This document shows positions 50,372 to 62,731 of a DNA stretch of 64,000 nt, piece by piece. The notes beneath the pieces were generated by a model. That model worked only from the letters and a program-made list of their open reading frames with translations, searched no databases and was not told the origin of the DNA. The DNA is from Malacoraja senta (Eukaryota), in contig CM075995.1 in NCBI GenBank assembly GCA_038087875.1, positions 9,302,001-9,366,000 on the forward strand. The letters run 5' to 3'. The stretch's first letter is position 1, and every line of letters begins with the position of its first letter. The position numbers and the translations under genes are program-made.

Positions 50372-50683
50372 CGGAGGCACAGTGGCTCAGCGGTAGAGTT
50401 GCTGCCTAACAGCGCCAGGGACCCGGGTTCAATTCTGACTATGAGTGCTGTCTGTACGGAGTTTGTACCTTCTCCCCGTGATCTGCATTGCTTTTCTCCG
50501 ATATCTTCACTTTCCTCCCACACTCCAAAGACATGCAGGTTTGTAGGTTAATTGGCTTGGTATCAATGTAAATTGTTCCTATTGTGTGTAGGATTGTGTT
50601 AATGTGCAGAGATCGCTGGTCGGTGTGGACCCAGTGGGATGAAGGGCCTGTTTCCATGCTGTATCTCTAAACTAAACTAAACT
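50372..50683 (+). mobile_element. V-SINE
   Basis: A box TGGCTCAGCGG, B box GGTTCAATTC, V-domain, (AAACT)n. Confidence 0.9.
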
Positions 50684-51584
50684 TTATACGGCTCACTTAC
50701 ATTTCCCTGCCATAACGTTGTATAGCATAGAATTGAATTGAATTGAATACATTTTATTAGCCAAGTATGTTCACATACAAGGAATTTGCCTTTCTGCTTT
50801 GCTCGCATAGCAGAAAGGCTATAACAACACGATATACAGTAGACATATAAAAATAAAACATAATTTAAACATGAAGAATGAAATAAAATACCAGAGCAGG
50901 GGCCTTTGTCCCATCTCGTCCATGCCGAACAAGATGCCCCATCAAAGTTAGACCCATTTTACCATGTTTAAAGTCACAGTCTGAGAATCAAAGGGCTGAG
51001 CACTTTGGCCCAACTTGCCCACACCGACCAACATGTCCCATCTACACTAGTCCCACCTTCCTGTGTTTGGCCCATATCCCTCTAAACCTGTCCTATCCAT
51101 GCACGTCTGATTGCTTCTTAAATGTCGCAATAGTCGCAGCCTCAACTACCTCCTCTGGCAGTTCATTCCATAAACCCACTACCCTTTGTGTGAAAAAGTT
51201 ACCCCTCAGATTGCTATTATATCCTTCCCCCTTCACCATAAACCTATGTTCTCTGGTTTTGATTCATCTACTCTGGGCAAGTGTGTGCGTTTATTCGATC
51301 TATTCCTCTCAGGTCCATATCCATCTAAACCTTTCCTATTCATATATCTTTAAGTGTTGTCATAATACCTGCTACAACTACTTCCTCTGGCAGCTTGTCC
51401 CATATATCCACCACACTATGTGCGGAAAAAGTTGCCCCTCAGGATCCTATTAAATCTTTCCCTCTCACCTTGAGCCTATGCCCTGTAGTTCTTGAATCCC
51501 CTACTCTGAAAAAGACTGTGCATATTAGACTTTATCTTGCACTAAACGATATACCCTTTGTCATGTATATGCAGGATACCGAGA

Positions 51585-52175
51585 TGCAGTTGTACAGGGT
51601 CTTGGTGAGGCCACACCTGGAGTATTGCGTACAGTTTTGGTCTCCTAATCTGAGGAAAGACATTCTTGCCATAGAGGGAGTACAGAGAAGGTTCACCAGA
51701 CTGATTCCTGGGATGGCAGGACTTTCATATCAAGAAAGACTGGATAGACTCGGCTTGTACTCGCTAGAATTTAGAAGATTGAAGGGGAATCTTATAGAAA
51801 CTTACAAGATTCTTAAGGGGTTAGACAGGCTAGATGCAGGAAGATTGTTCCCGATGTTGGGGAAGTCCAGAACAAGGGGTCACAGTTTAAGGATAAGGGG
51901 GAAGTCTTTTAGGACCGAGATGAGAAAATCATTGATCACACAGAGAGTGGTGAATCTGTGGAATTCTCTGCCACAGAAGTTAGTTGAGGCCAGTTCATTG
52001 GCTATATTTAAGTTAGATGTGGCCCTTGTGGCTAAAGGGATCAGGGGATATGGAGAGAAGGCAGGTACAGGATACTGAGTTGGATGATCAGCCATGATCA
52101 TATTGAATGGCGGTGCAGGCTCGAAGGGCCGAATGGCCTACTCCTGCACCTATTCTCTATGTTTCTATGTTTCTA
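51585..52175 (+). mobile_element. 5'-truncated CR1 (young)
   Basis: ORF 51395..52078 C-terminal part is nearly identical to the 3' half of the 45672-46948 copy. Confidence 0.9.
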
Positions 52176-52439
52176 TCTCTCTGCACATCAACATTTACTA
52201 GTTTCTATTTTTAAAAGTATGCTGGTTTACTGTCCTTTCGACCATTCCGCCTAACCTCGCATGAACACTCCTCTTGCCAGTTACTTCATCTATTTATAAT
52301 CTCTTTGCATCCTCCTCGTGGTTCACTTCCCCTCCTCACGTAGCACCCTCGGTAGAGCTGCTTATGTTGTTTCAATCTCACTCAACATAAATTGTAACTA
52401 GATAACATCACCAGCTACTCTCTGGAAGGAACAGAACTC

Positions 52440-52785
52440 TCCCCCTCCCATTCCCACTCTGACCTTTCAGCCCTGGGCTTTCTCCACTGTCAGAGTGAGG
52501 CCCAGCGTAAATTGGAGGAACAGCATCTCATATTTCGCTTGGGCAGCTCACACCCCAGCGGTATGACCATTGACTTCTCCAACTTCATGTAACCCTTGCT
52601 TTCCCTCTCTCTTCCACATCCCTCCCCTACACTAGTTCTCCAACTGGTTTCACTGTCCTCCTGATGTATTTGACCGTTTGTATGCCTCGTTGTCACCTTC
52701 CCCATAACCAACAATCAAGCATTGTACATTTCCTTCATCATTGTCTGCTCAGCCATGATAACATCTCGACCCGAAATGTCACCCA
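52440..52785 (+). mobile_element. Penelope-like GIY-YIG end and 3' UTR
   Basis: HCQSEAQRKLEEQHLIFRLGSSHPSGMTIDFSNFM*. Confidence 0.85.
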
Positions 52786-52801
52786 ATCAATGGTTGCCTA
52801 T

Positions 52802-53245
52802 TAATAATAATAATAATAGATTTTATTTATATAGCGCTTTTCAGGACTCAAAGTCGCTTTACAATTGAGAGTCAGGAATAAACAAAACAAAATAGAGCAG
52901 TAAGACAGAGGGGGGGGGGGGGGGAACATGGGACTAAGGGTATGCAGAGGTGAAGAGATGGGTCTTGAGGCGGGACTGGAAGATGGTGAGGGACTCAGAA
53001 TTTCGGACCGGTTGTGGGAGGGAATTCCAGAGCCTGGGAGCTGCCCTGGAGAAGGCTCTGCCTCCAAAAGTGCAGAGGTTTGATTTCGGAGTGGAGAGGA
53101 GACCAGCTGATGTGGATCTGAGGGACCGTGAGGGTTGGTAGGGGGAGAGGAGGTCAATGAGATAAGGGGGGGCCAGGTTGTTGAGGGCTTTGTAGGTGAG
53201 GACCAGGATTTTGTAGGTGATCCGGTGGGAAATGATTAGTTGCAC
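52802..53245 (-). mobile_element. L2-clade LINE 3' end
   Basis: RITYKILVLTYKALNNLAPPYL..LL.PYQPSRSLRS...GGRAFSRAAPRLWNSLP...RLKTHLF; (TTA)n tail. Confidence 0.9.
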
Positions 53246-53744
53246 CAACGATTAGTGTGCAACAGTAACGGACTATCGGACATTGATGCAGGCACAACGT
53301 ATGCCCTACTGCACTATCCAATTGATCAAGGCCTTGTGCATTCATCAATTCATGAGATTGGATGCTTTTGTGGCATCAAAATATCATGTGTTATATGACC
53401 CATTTCCTGCTGGTATTTGGCTTATGTCTTTCAGTGTCACCAGCCTTTTCTTGAAGCAATAAAACAATTTGAAGAGTCAAGAGTGTTTTATTGTCATATG
53501 TGCAGGAAGGAACTGCAGATGCTGGTTTAAACCGAAGATGGACACAAATTGTCATATGGAGTGGCATCGGAACAGTGAAGTCCTCACTAGCTGCAACTTT
53601 AGAGACTTATTAGTTCAAAATGCACAAATACATAATAATACAATAAATCAGTAATACTGGGTAACCAAACCATGACAGTCAAAAACCTGATGTGGCCACA
53701 TGGTTGCAAATGCCGCTGTTTCCAGTCACCTTGCCCTGCATACC

Positions 53745-54312
53745 TTTAGTTTAGAGATTTTAGTTTAGAGATACAGCTTGGAAACGGGGCCTTTGGCCCA
53801 CTGAGTCCACGCCGACCAATACACTAGTTCTATTCTACACATTAGGGACAATATATAGAAGCCAATTAACCTATAACCTCTAAGTCTTTGGAATGTGGGA
53901 GGAAACCAGAGCACCCTGCGAAAACCCACGTGGTCACAGGGAAAATAGACAATAGGTGCAGGAGTAGGCCATTCAGCCTTTCGAGCCAGCACCGCCATTC
54001 AATGTGATCATGGCTGATCATCCCCAATCAGTACCCCGTTCCTGCCTTCTCCCCATATCCCCTGACTCTGCTATCTTTAAGAGCCCTATCTAGCTCTCTC
54101 TTGAAAGCATCCAGAGAACCGGCCTCCACCGCCCTTTGAGGCAGAGAATTCCACAGACTCACCACTCTCTGTGAGAAAAAGTGTTTCCTCGTCTCCGTTC
54201 TAAAGGGCTTACTAAATGTACAAACTTTGCACAGACAGCACCCATAGTCAGGATTGAACCCGGGTCTCTGGTGCTGCAAGGCAGCAACTCGACCGCTGCT
54301 CCACTGTGCCAC
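53745..54312 (-). mobile_element. V-SINE with nested CR1 3' end (~53944-54210)
   Basis: SINE halves flank the (TAGACAA)-tailed CR1. Confidence 0.85.
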
Positions 54313-55119
54313 CTCAATAATAATAATAATAATAATAAACTTTATTTCGGACTCAAGGTCCAGACTAGGGGCAACATTACATAAAAAATGCATTGCATAT
54401 TAAAAAAATATCAAGTACATATAAAATCTTAGTATATCACTTATAAAGCATCATTAGTGGTAAAGTTCTGTTTAATTAGTGTCACGTGTACTGAGGTACA
54501 GTGAAAAGCTATTGTTGTGTGGTGCTATCCAGTCAGCGGAAAGACAATACATGATTGCAATCGAACCATTTACAGTGATTACGTTATGCTGCATTGTTTT
54601 GAATGAGCATAAATTTGGAATTCGTGCCTGCAGAAGATGGTCTTCAGTTTCTCATTTGTGGCACGATTGATAGGGTAGAATGTCATGCCTTGGCTCTTGT
54701 TGGGGATTGGATAGAGTTTGTACTGCTGGATGTAACCTGGAAGACCCATGAGATGATACATGAGTGTCCAGCTATGGCCTTGAGCCTTAAACAAGGATGT
54801 TGTCAGCACCTGCTTGGATTAGGTTTAGATTTAAGTTTATGTTTCTCAGGTGTACCTAGGTAAAGTGAAAAGCTTTGTTTTGCATGCTAGCCAATGAAAT
54901 CTGATAATGCTACACTGCTTTGTGATAGAAAGTAAAGTGAATAAGCAATCGAGATTCACTCAGATATATATTTCTATGGTAGACAAAAATGCTGGAGAAA
55001 CTAAGCGGGTGAGGTAGCATCTATGGAGCGAAGGAAATAGGTGTTGAATAACCCAGCAGTAGCTCTGAACCCTGCCTCTGACTCTATGGCACATGTCCTT
55101 CAAAAACCCCAAGCTGTTT

Positions 55120-55630
55120 CAATAGACAATAGACAATAGGTGCAGGAGTAGGCCATTCGGCCCTTCGAGCCAGCACCACCATTCACTGTGATCATGGCTG
55201 ATCATCCCCAATCAGTACCCCGTTCCTGCCTTCTCCCCATATCCATTGACTCCGCTATCTTTAAGAGCTCTATCTAATTCTCTCTTGAAAGTCGCCAGAG
55301 AATTGGCCTCCACTGCCTTCTGAGGCAGATAATTCCACAGATTCACAACCCTCTGTTCTCTGCAGAGTTGCTGCCCACAGAGCCAGAGACCGGGGTTCGA
55401 TCCCAACCTCGGGTGATACCTGTGTTGAGTTGGCACTTTTTCCTCTGTGGGTTTTCTTTGGGTGTTCTGGTTCCCCCCCACATCCCACAGACGTGCAGGT
55501 TTGTAGGTTGATTGGCCTCTCTATAGGTTGCCCCTAGTGTGTGGGGAGTGAATGAGAAAGTGAGATAACATAGCACTAGTGTGAATCGGTGGTCAGTGTG
55601 GACTCGAGGGCCGAAGGGCCTGTTTCCAAC
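55120..55630. mobile_element. CR1 3' end (-, to ~55355) abutting a V-SINE (+)
   Basis: CR1 3' UTR, then GGGGTTCGATCCC head and V-domain. Confidence 0.8.
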
Positions 55631-56284
55631 AGGAGAATTTCCAGCTACATTGCTAGTCCTTTACGTCTTTGAAAGAAGACGTTACCTTGCTTGTAATGAA
55701 CTCTCACAACAGTCACAAGAAATAATCCAGAGCTTCACCTGAGACACAAAATGCAGGAGTAACTCAATAGGTCAGGTAGCATCTCTGGAGAATAGGTAAA
55801 ATACCGTTCTTCAGACTGAGAGTCAGGGGAGAGGGAAACTAGAGGTATTAAAAGGCAGCAGCGATAAACAAAGAGTCCACAATGGTCCATTGTTGGCTGT
55901 GGAGGAGGTGATAAAGAGGGGATACGAACAATAAAACTAGCAGAATGACTTAGGTAGGAGAAGGATGGAGAGAGAGGGAATGCAAGGGTTACTTGAAATT
56001 AGAGCAATCAATATTCATGTTCACCTTGTACACACTTGGACTTTCCACAAATCTCCCTTGCCACCATAATGGTATTAAAAAAGATCATCAACCTTGCATC
56101 AACCAAGAGATGGAGTTGGCTGCGATGTAAGCCTGCAAGTGATAGTATTGGCATTAAACAAGACTATATTCAGATGCTGATCCGCATTGTTTCACTGTGC
56201 TGATCTATATAGTTAATGCTTCAATATTGGTGCAAATGTGCATGCATAACGTGGATGCCATTTTGGAGCCATGTGTGTGTGAGT

Positions 56285-56665
56285 GGGGACCTCATTGAAA
56301 CTTACTGAATAGTGAAAGGCCTGGATAGAGTGGTTGTGGAGAGGATGTTTCTACTAGTGGGAGAGTTTGGGACCAGAGGCCATAGGCTCCGAATTGAAGG
56401 ATGTTCCTTTAGGAAGGAGATTGGGAGGAATTCCTTTAGTCGGAGGGTGGTGAATCTATGGAATTCATTGCCACAGAAGGCTCTGGAGGCCAAGTCATTG
56501 GATATTTTTAAGGCAGAGATAGATTCTTGATTAGTACGGGTGTCAGGAGTTTTGCGGCGAAGGTAGGAGAATGGGGTTGAGAGGGAAAGATAGATCAGCC
56601 ATGATTGAATGGTGGAGTAGATGATGGGCCAAATGGCCTAATTCTGCTCTTATCAATTATGAACA
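56285..56665 (+). mobile_element. CR1 3' fragment
   Basis: KGLDRVVVERMFLLVGEFGTRGHRLRI...RVVNLWNSLPQKA. Confidence 0.85.
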
Positions 56666-56865
56666 TGAACTGAAGCCCAAAGACCAAGCATAAGTCGTAC
56701 CAGTTTCACACCGAATGCTCTCTATTTCTATCTTGTGTTGTGGGAACTTTTCCTAATCATCGCTGAAAAACTTTTCTGGTCTAATGGCATTTTGTTTTGT
56801 GTAATACCATCGGGATTATTATGCCGCATGTAACACAATAATGAGAGCATGGGTCTATTTTTGCA

Positions 56866-57098
56866 TCTTTCTGCCTTGTTTTTCTCCCATCGCAGTGTAA
56901 TGTGACTATTATTCAATGGAAGCTTTCTGCATGCTGGAGCTGTTTCACACGTCAACACTGCTGCCTGTCACACTCTTTCTGCCTTGTTTTTCTCCCATCC
57001 CACTGTAATGTGACTATTATTCAATGGTAGCTTTCTGCATGCTGGAGCTGTTTCGCACGTCAACACTGCTGCCTGTCACACTCTTCTGCCTTGTTTTT
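56866..57098 (+). repeat. Tandem duplication, ~2.15 x 108 bp
   Basis: Units start at 56866, 56974 and 57082; few mismatches. Confidence 0.9.
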
Positions 57099-57770
57099 AT
57101 ACATTAAACATAATCTGCTCATTCTGTGCTGCCGGAATTGTATTTATATCTTAATTCCTCTCCGTGAAGGAGAGAGGGAGCCTTTGGTGTTTATCCTTCT
57201 CTATTCCCTTAAGTCTCATGATGCCGTTAGGTTATATCATTTACAGCAGCAAGTTCCCTGCAGGCTTAATTGTTCATTTCCATGCGTATTAAGGAAGAGT
57301 ACGAGGCAGCTTGCAATAGTTTTCTCCCACGCAGCGCTTGCCAGTCATCTCGATGCTGGTTGAGGAGCATTCCAAAATAGAGACCGATGAATCATATGCT
57401 CAGTATGTTTGTCCTACAGTATTCAAACTGCTGCTTGTTTTTTTGTCCTTCTAATCTGAATTGTGATTGAGGAAAGCATTCAATATTGAATTACAACCAC
57501 TGTGCAAAGTGAACGAGCTGGTCTTAGTCTACTTAAGTTTCCAAATGCGAGGCTGCTTTTGCGATGTTATCTCTATTCTTTCATTAGTATTGCTGTATTT
57601 AAGTTCCTTCTGGTATGTTGGTCTTTGGCCCTGGTTATTCTTTACCTCCACCCATCCCAAAATCTGCTCCTGATTATCGCATCTATTGTTGTTCTTGAGC
57701 CAAAATAGTTGCTGAATTCACATTGTGGGCTGATTCAATTTTGAAATCACTCGATTCTCATTTTAATTAA

Positions 57771-58374
57771 AGGGCCTGTCCCACTCGGGCCGTCATTTAC
57801 TCGACAGGTCGGTAGTGACTGACGAGCGATGGTCGCGCGCGTCATCATGCGTCCGCACAGCCGTCTGGAGCTCGTGACGTCATTTGAAGATGGACACAAA
57901 ATGCAGGAGTAACTCAGCGGGACCGGCAGCATCTCTGGAGAGAAGGAATGGATGATGTTTCGGGTCGAGACTCTTCTTCAGTCTGAAGATGGGTCTCGAC
58001 CCGAAACGTCACCCATTGCTTCTCTCCAGAGATGCTGCCGGTCCCGCTGAGTTACTCCTGCATTTTGTGTCTATCTCCAATCGTCTTGGCCCCGCTCTGG
58101 GAGTAGAAGTGGGGGCGGATCCGGATCCGCAACGGCCGTGAGCTCCAGGCCGAGCTCACCGATTGTTTGCCTGCTTCTGCTGCTATTGCAGGTGAGACGT
58201 TGCGCCTGTCCCACTTTGGCCGTCAGTTACGCGACAGGCCGGTGGCACGCGAAGATTTCATTCAGGACGAAGTCCACACTCCTCCACACCACTCCATGCG
58301 CCCATCCCGCGCTACCCACACGCTAACAGGTCGCGTAAATGGCGCGCGAATGAAAGCCAATTGGGACAGGCCCT
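57771..58374. mobile_element. PIF/Harbinger-like MITE carrying a mini-PLE hairpin (~57885-58078)
   Basis: TIRs AGGGCCTGTCCCA / TGGGACAGGCCCT, flanked by TAA and TTA; CpG-rich body; internal CCTGTCCCACT at ~58206. Confidence 0.7.
57980..58014 (+). ncRNA. Minimal hammerhead ribozyme motif
   Basis: CUGAAGA 57983-57989, stem II GGGUCUCGACCC 57991-58002, GAAACGUC 58003-58010. Confidence 0.6.
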
Positions 58375-58397
58375 TTAGGGTCGTAGAGTCATACAGC

Positions 58398-58675
58398 CTG
58401 AGGCATTTTGCCAGACAAGCTGGGCAGTCTGCTCTGGAAACCACACCACAGGATCCATGGAGTCATTTCCCTGCAGTGCCTGCAGGACGATCCATGACGA
58501 CCACTGCCCCATGGACTTGCGGTCAAAGGTGTTGGTCCGGAAGAACCTTTCCACAAACGACAGATGGTGCGGCAATGTCCAGCTGACTGGCACATTGCGT
58601 GGCATCTGCGCCAGGCCCATCCTTCACAACACCGGGGACAGGTAGAACATCAGCAGATAGTGACACTTGGTGCCC
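58398..58675 (-). mobile_element. Tx1-like LINE ORF2 internal fragment
   Basis: GTKCHYLLMFYLSPVL*RMGLAQMPRNVPVSWTLPHHLSFVERFF...DPVVWFPEQTAQLVWQNAS. Confidence 0.65.
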
Positions 58676-58914
58676 ATTCTTGGTTAGATCACTGGTAACA
58701 AAGCAGCGGAGAGGGTGCAGAGAAGAATTGTAAGGCTAATACAACAAAAGCAAGAGTATGTACATCAGTAAAGGATGAAGAGAAGTGCATCTGTCTGGAG
58801 ACAAGAAGGCCGAGAGGTGACATTATATGGCTTTTAATCTGAAAGATTTTCATCGAGTAGATACAGTGAGTGTTCCTGCTTCTGTGAGGAACAAAGCTGG
58901 AGGCCAGCTGTAAA

Positions 58915-60100
58915 CCATAGAGTGATACAGCATGGAAACAGGCCCTTTGGCCCAACTTGCCCACACCAACCAACACTCGTCCCACTTACCTGCGTTTGGC
59001 CCATATCCCTTTAAACCAGTTTCATCCATGTACCTGCCCAAATAGTTCTTAAACGTTGCGATTGTACCTGCCTCAACTCCGCCAGCTAGTTCCATACACC
59101 CACTATGGAATCCCATAGTCCCTGAGAAATCCAATAATAGACAATAGGTGTAGGAGTAGGAGTAGGCCCTTCGAGCCAGCACCGCCATTCAATGTGATCA
59201 TCCCCAATCAGTACCCCGTTCCTGCCTTCTCCCCATATCCCCTGACTCCGCTCTCTTTAAGAGCTCTTAGCTCTCTCTTGAAAGTATCCAGAGAACTGGC
59301 CTCCACCGCCCTCTGAGGCAGAGAATTCCACAGACTCACCACTCTCTGGGTGAAAAACCTTCTTTACTTAATAATCTTCTTTAACTAAAGAATGGCTAGA
59401 TAGTGAACTCTCTTGTCACAGAAAGTGACTGAAGAAATTAATACAGGTGAATTTAGGGCAAATATAGGAAGCAGAAGGGAATGTAGACAATGGAACAGGA
59501 CAGCACAGGAACAGATCCTTCGGCCCGCAATGTCTGTGCCGAATATGATGCCGTTAAACTGATCTCATCTGCCTGCACGTGATCCATATCTCTCTAATCT
59601 CTGCACTTCCATGTGCCTATCTAAAAGCCTCCTAAACACCACTATCATATCTGCCTCCACCACCACTCTCTGTGTAATTAAAAAAACTTGCTCTGCATAT
59701 CTTCATTAAACTTCCCCCTCTCACTGTATAGTTATGGCCTGTAGTGTTGTTGATTTCCACCCTTGGAGAAAGGTTCTGACTGTCTACCCCATCTATGCCT
59801 TATTGCATATCCTTCGATCACGTTTCACCTCAACCTCTAACGTTCCAGGGAAAAAAGAGTTACAGTGAAAGATTCAGATGAGGCTGTATGGATGGATGGA
59901 AGGAGAGGAGTATAAACAAGCTTAAAAGAAGCTGAAAGATTTGTGTTTGTGCAGTAGAGTCATACAGTGTGGAAACAAGCCCTTCATCCCAACTTGCCCA
60001 CATCGACCAACATGCCCCATCTACACTGGTCTCACCTTCCCACATTTGGCCCATATCCCTCTAAACCTGTCCTATCCATGTACTTGTCGAAACATTTCAT
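58915..60100 (-). mobile_element. Cluster of four CR1 3' fragments
   Basis: Pieces at ~58915-59100, 59135-59360, 59490-59850 and 59955-60100. Confidence 0.75.
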
Positions 60101-61068
60101 TCAATGTAATCCTATGAACTCAACCACAAATTTGAAAATGCTGTCAGCTGAACCACAGTTATCTCTAGAGGGATAAATCCGTGCTCCTCTCATGGGTTCC
60201 TGACGTTTTTTTTCATGGTTTGTAATGGAAGTTGTTTTTTCTGTTTGCAAATATTACCAAACACCGGGTATTAACAGTCATCAGAGGGACCTCAAGAGAA
60301 TAGTGAAATTTAATACATTTCATAAATTAAGTGTGCTGTAATTCACTTTGATGGGCAAAATTGAGGAAAAGGAGTATTAAAAAAAATAATGGACACATAA
60401 TAATACAGATGCTGGAGTTTTGAGCGAAACACAAAGTGCTGAAGGAACTCAGCAGGTCAGGCAGTGTCTAGGGAGAGAATGGACAGGCGACATTTTGGGT
60501 TGGGATCCATCTTCAGATTCTGTTTCAGTACTGTTTTAAAATGGCTCATCAATGCAGGGACTGAGAAGGATTTGGATTCAAATCTTGCATATAGAGCAAA
60601 AATAGAACTGTTGGAGGAGCTCAGCAGGTTCGTGCAGCGTCTGGGGGGGGTGATAGGAATTGTTGGTTTCTGTGTCTTTCTCTTAATTATAGCGGAATAA
60701 ATTGTCTATCATACAGTTAAGAAAACATTTGAATATGAAATCAGTCAAAATGTCTCTACAACAATGGGTAGTTCTGAGTGGAGTATGCAGATGTAGTTGC
60801 AAGGAATTGCAGATGCTAGTTTACCAAAAAAGAGACAAAATCCTGGAGTAACTGAGTATGTCAGGAAGCATCTCTGGAGAATGCAATGTGTAGGAAAGAA
60901 CTGCAGATGCTGGTTTGAATCGAAGGTAGACACAAAATGCTGGAGTAACTCAGCGGGACAGGCAGCATCTCTGGAGAGAAGGAATGGGTGACGTTTTGGG
61001 ACGAGACCCTTCTTCAGACTGATGGATATGCAATGGATTTGGTCAGGTCTGAAGAAGGGAACTGACCC

Positions 61069-61388
61069 AAAACATCACCTACCCATGTTCTCCACAGATG
61101 CTGCCTGACCCGCTGAGTTACTCCAGCACTCTGTGAAACGTCACCTATCCATGTTCTCCACAGATGCTGCCTGACCCGCTGAGTTACTCCAGCACTCTGT
61201 GAAACGTCACCTATCCATGTTCTCCACAGATGCTGCCTGACCCGCTGAGTTACTCCAGCACTCTGTGAAACGTCACCTATCCATGTTCTCCACAGATGCT
61301 GCCTGACCCGCTGAGTTACTCCAGCACTCTGTGAAACGTCACCTATCCATGTTCTCCACAGATGCTGCCTGAGTTACTCCAGCACTTT
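61069..61388 (+). repeat. Tandem array, 5 x 66 bp (last unit has an 8-bp deletion)
   Basis: Units start at 61069, 61135, 61201, 61267, 61333, just after CTGAAGA (61049-61055). Confidence 0.95.
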
Positions 61389-62731
61389 GCCTTTTTTGTA
61401 GTACGTAGATGTTAGATGGAGTGTAAAGGCTTCAAGAGGATGTAGCTGTGTTTACAGGCATGGTCTATGATTGAGGGATTTTGTGTAGACTGAAGAAAAT
61501 TTCAGCCGTGGTAATTAAGAGGAGATTTGATACAGCAGGTCAAATTCACAGGTGTCTTTGGAAAATTAATAAGAAACTTATCCCAATGTCTGACTGTAAC
61601 TAGAGAACTTAATTTAAAGTGACTGGCAAAGGGATCAGAAATGACAAAAGATGTTTTTTAAAAGCTGATTAATAAAAATGGTAATGTATGAGTAATGGTA
61701 GTGGAAGCAGATTTGGTGGTAATCATTCAAAAGAGAATTTCATTTAAAATGAAAATACACACGGGATGATGGAGAATAGAGAATAGATACCTTACCAAAG
61801 AAGGGCTGAATGAACTCTTGTGTTGAACCACCAGCTGGGCTAGGAATCTCCATTAGTTGTGTGCAATCTTGACCACACCAAACAATAGACTTGCTAAGCA
61901 AAGCGAAGCATGCCATGAACTCTCACCATCACACTTTTAAAAGCATCCCACATTCCGGACATCCCTTTGCCTGCAAATAATCGACTCCATTCAACTTGAC
62001 GTGAATGAAGTGCATGTGGAGAGGATGTTTCCACTAGTGGGAGAGTCGAGGGCCAGGGGCCACAGAATATAAGAATATGTCTTCAGAATGAAGATGAAGA
62101 GGAATTTCTTTAGAATGAATCTGAGGAATTAATTGCCACAGTAGGCTGTGGAGGCCGTCATTGGGTATTTTTAAAGCTGAGATTGACAGGTTATTGATTA
62201 GTACGGGTGTCAGGGGTTATGGGGAGAAGGCAGGAGAATGGGGTTGAGAGGGAAAGATAGATCAGCCATGATTGAATGGCGGAGCAGACTCAATGGGCCA
62301 AATGGCCTCATTCTGCTTATATCACGTGAACTTATGACCTTCAGTGCTCAAGCAGCTCTGCGGGTCAGGCAGCATCTGTGGAGAGAATCAACAGACGGCA
62401 TTTCAGGTTGGAACTCTTCCTCAGTCTGATGCTTAGAGTCATAGAGTGTGGAAGCAGGCCCTTTAACACAACTTCTTTCCATTGTTCTATCTGGGACATA
62501 CGACAATAAAACACTCTTGACTTGCCAACATATCTAACCAACATATCCCATCCACATTGGTCCCACCTGCCTGCGCATGGCCCATATCCCTCCAACCCTG
62601 TCCTATCCATGTACCTGTCTAACTGTTTCTTAAACATTGCGATAGTCCCTGCCTCAACTCCCTCCTCCGGCAGCTCATTCCATACACCCACCACCCTTTG
62701 TGTGAAAAAGATACACCTCAAGTTCCTATCA

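Noticed and set aside
50372..50445. tRNA genes at SINE heads
   Set aside because: The A/B boxes run straight into the V-domain and LINE-like tail; there is no complete cloverleaf.
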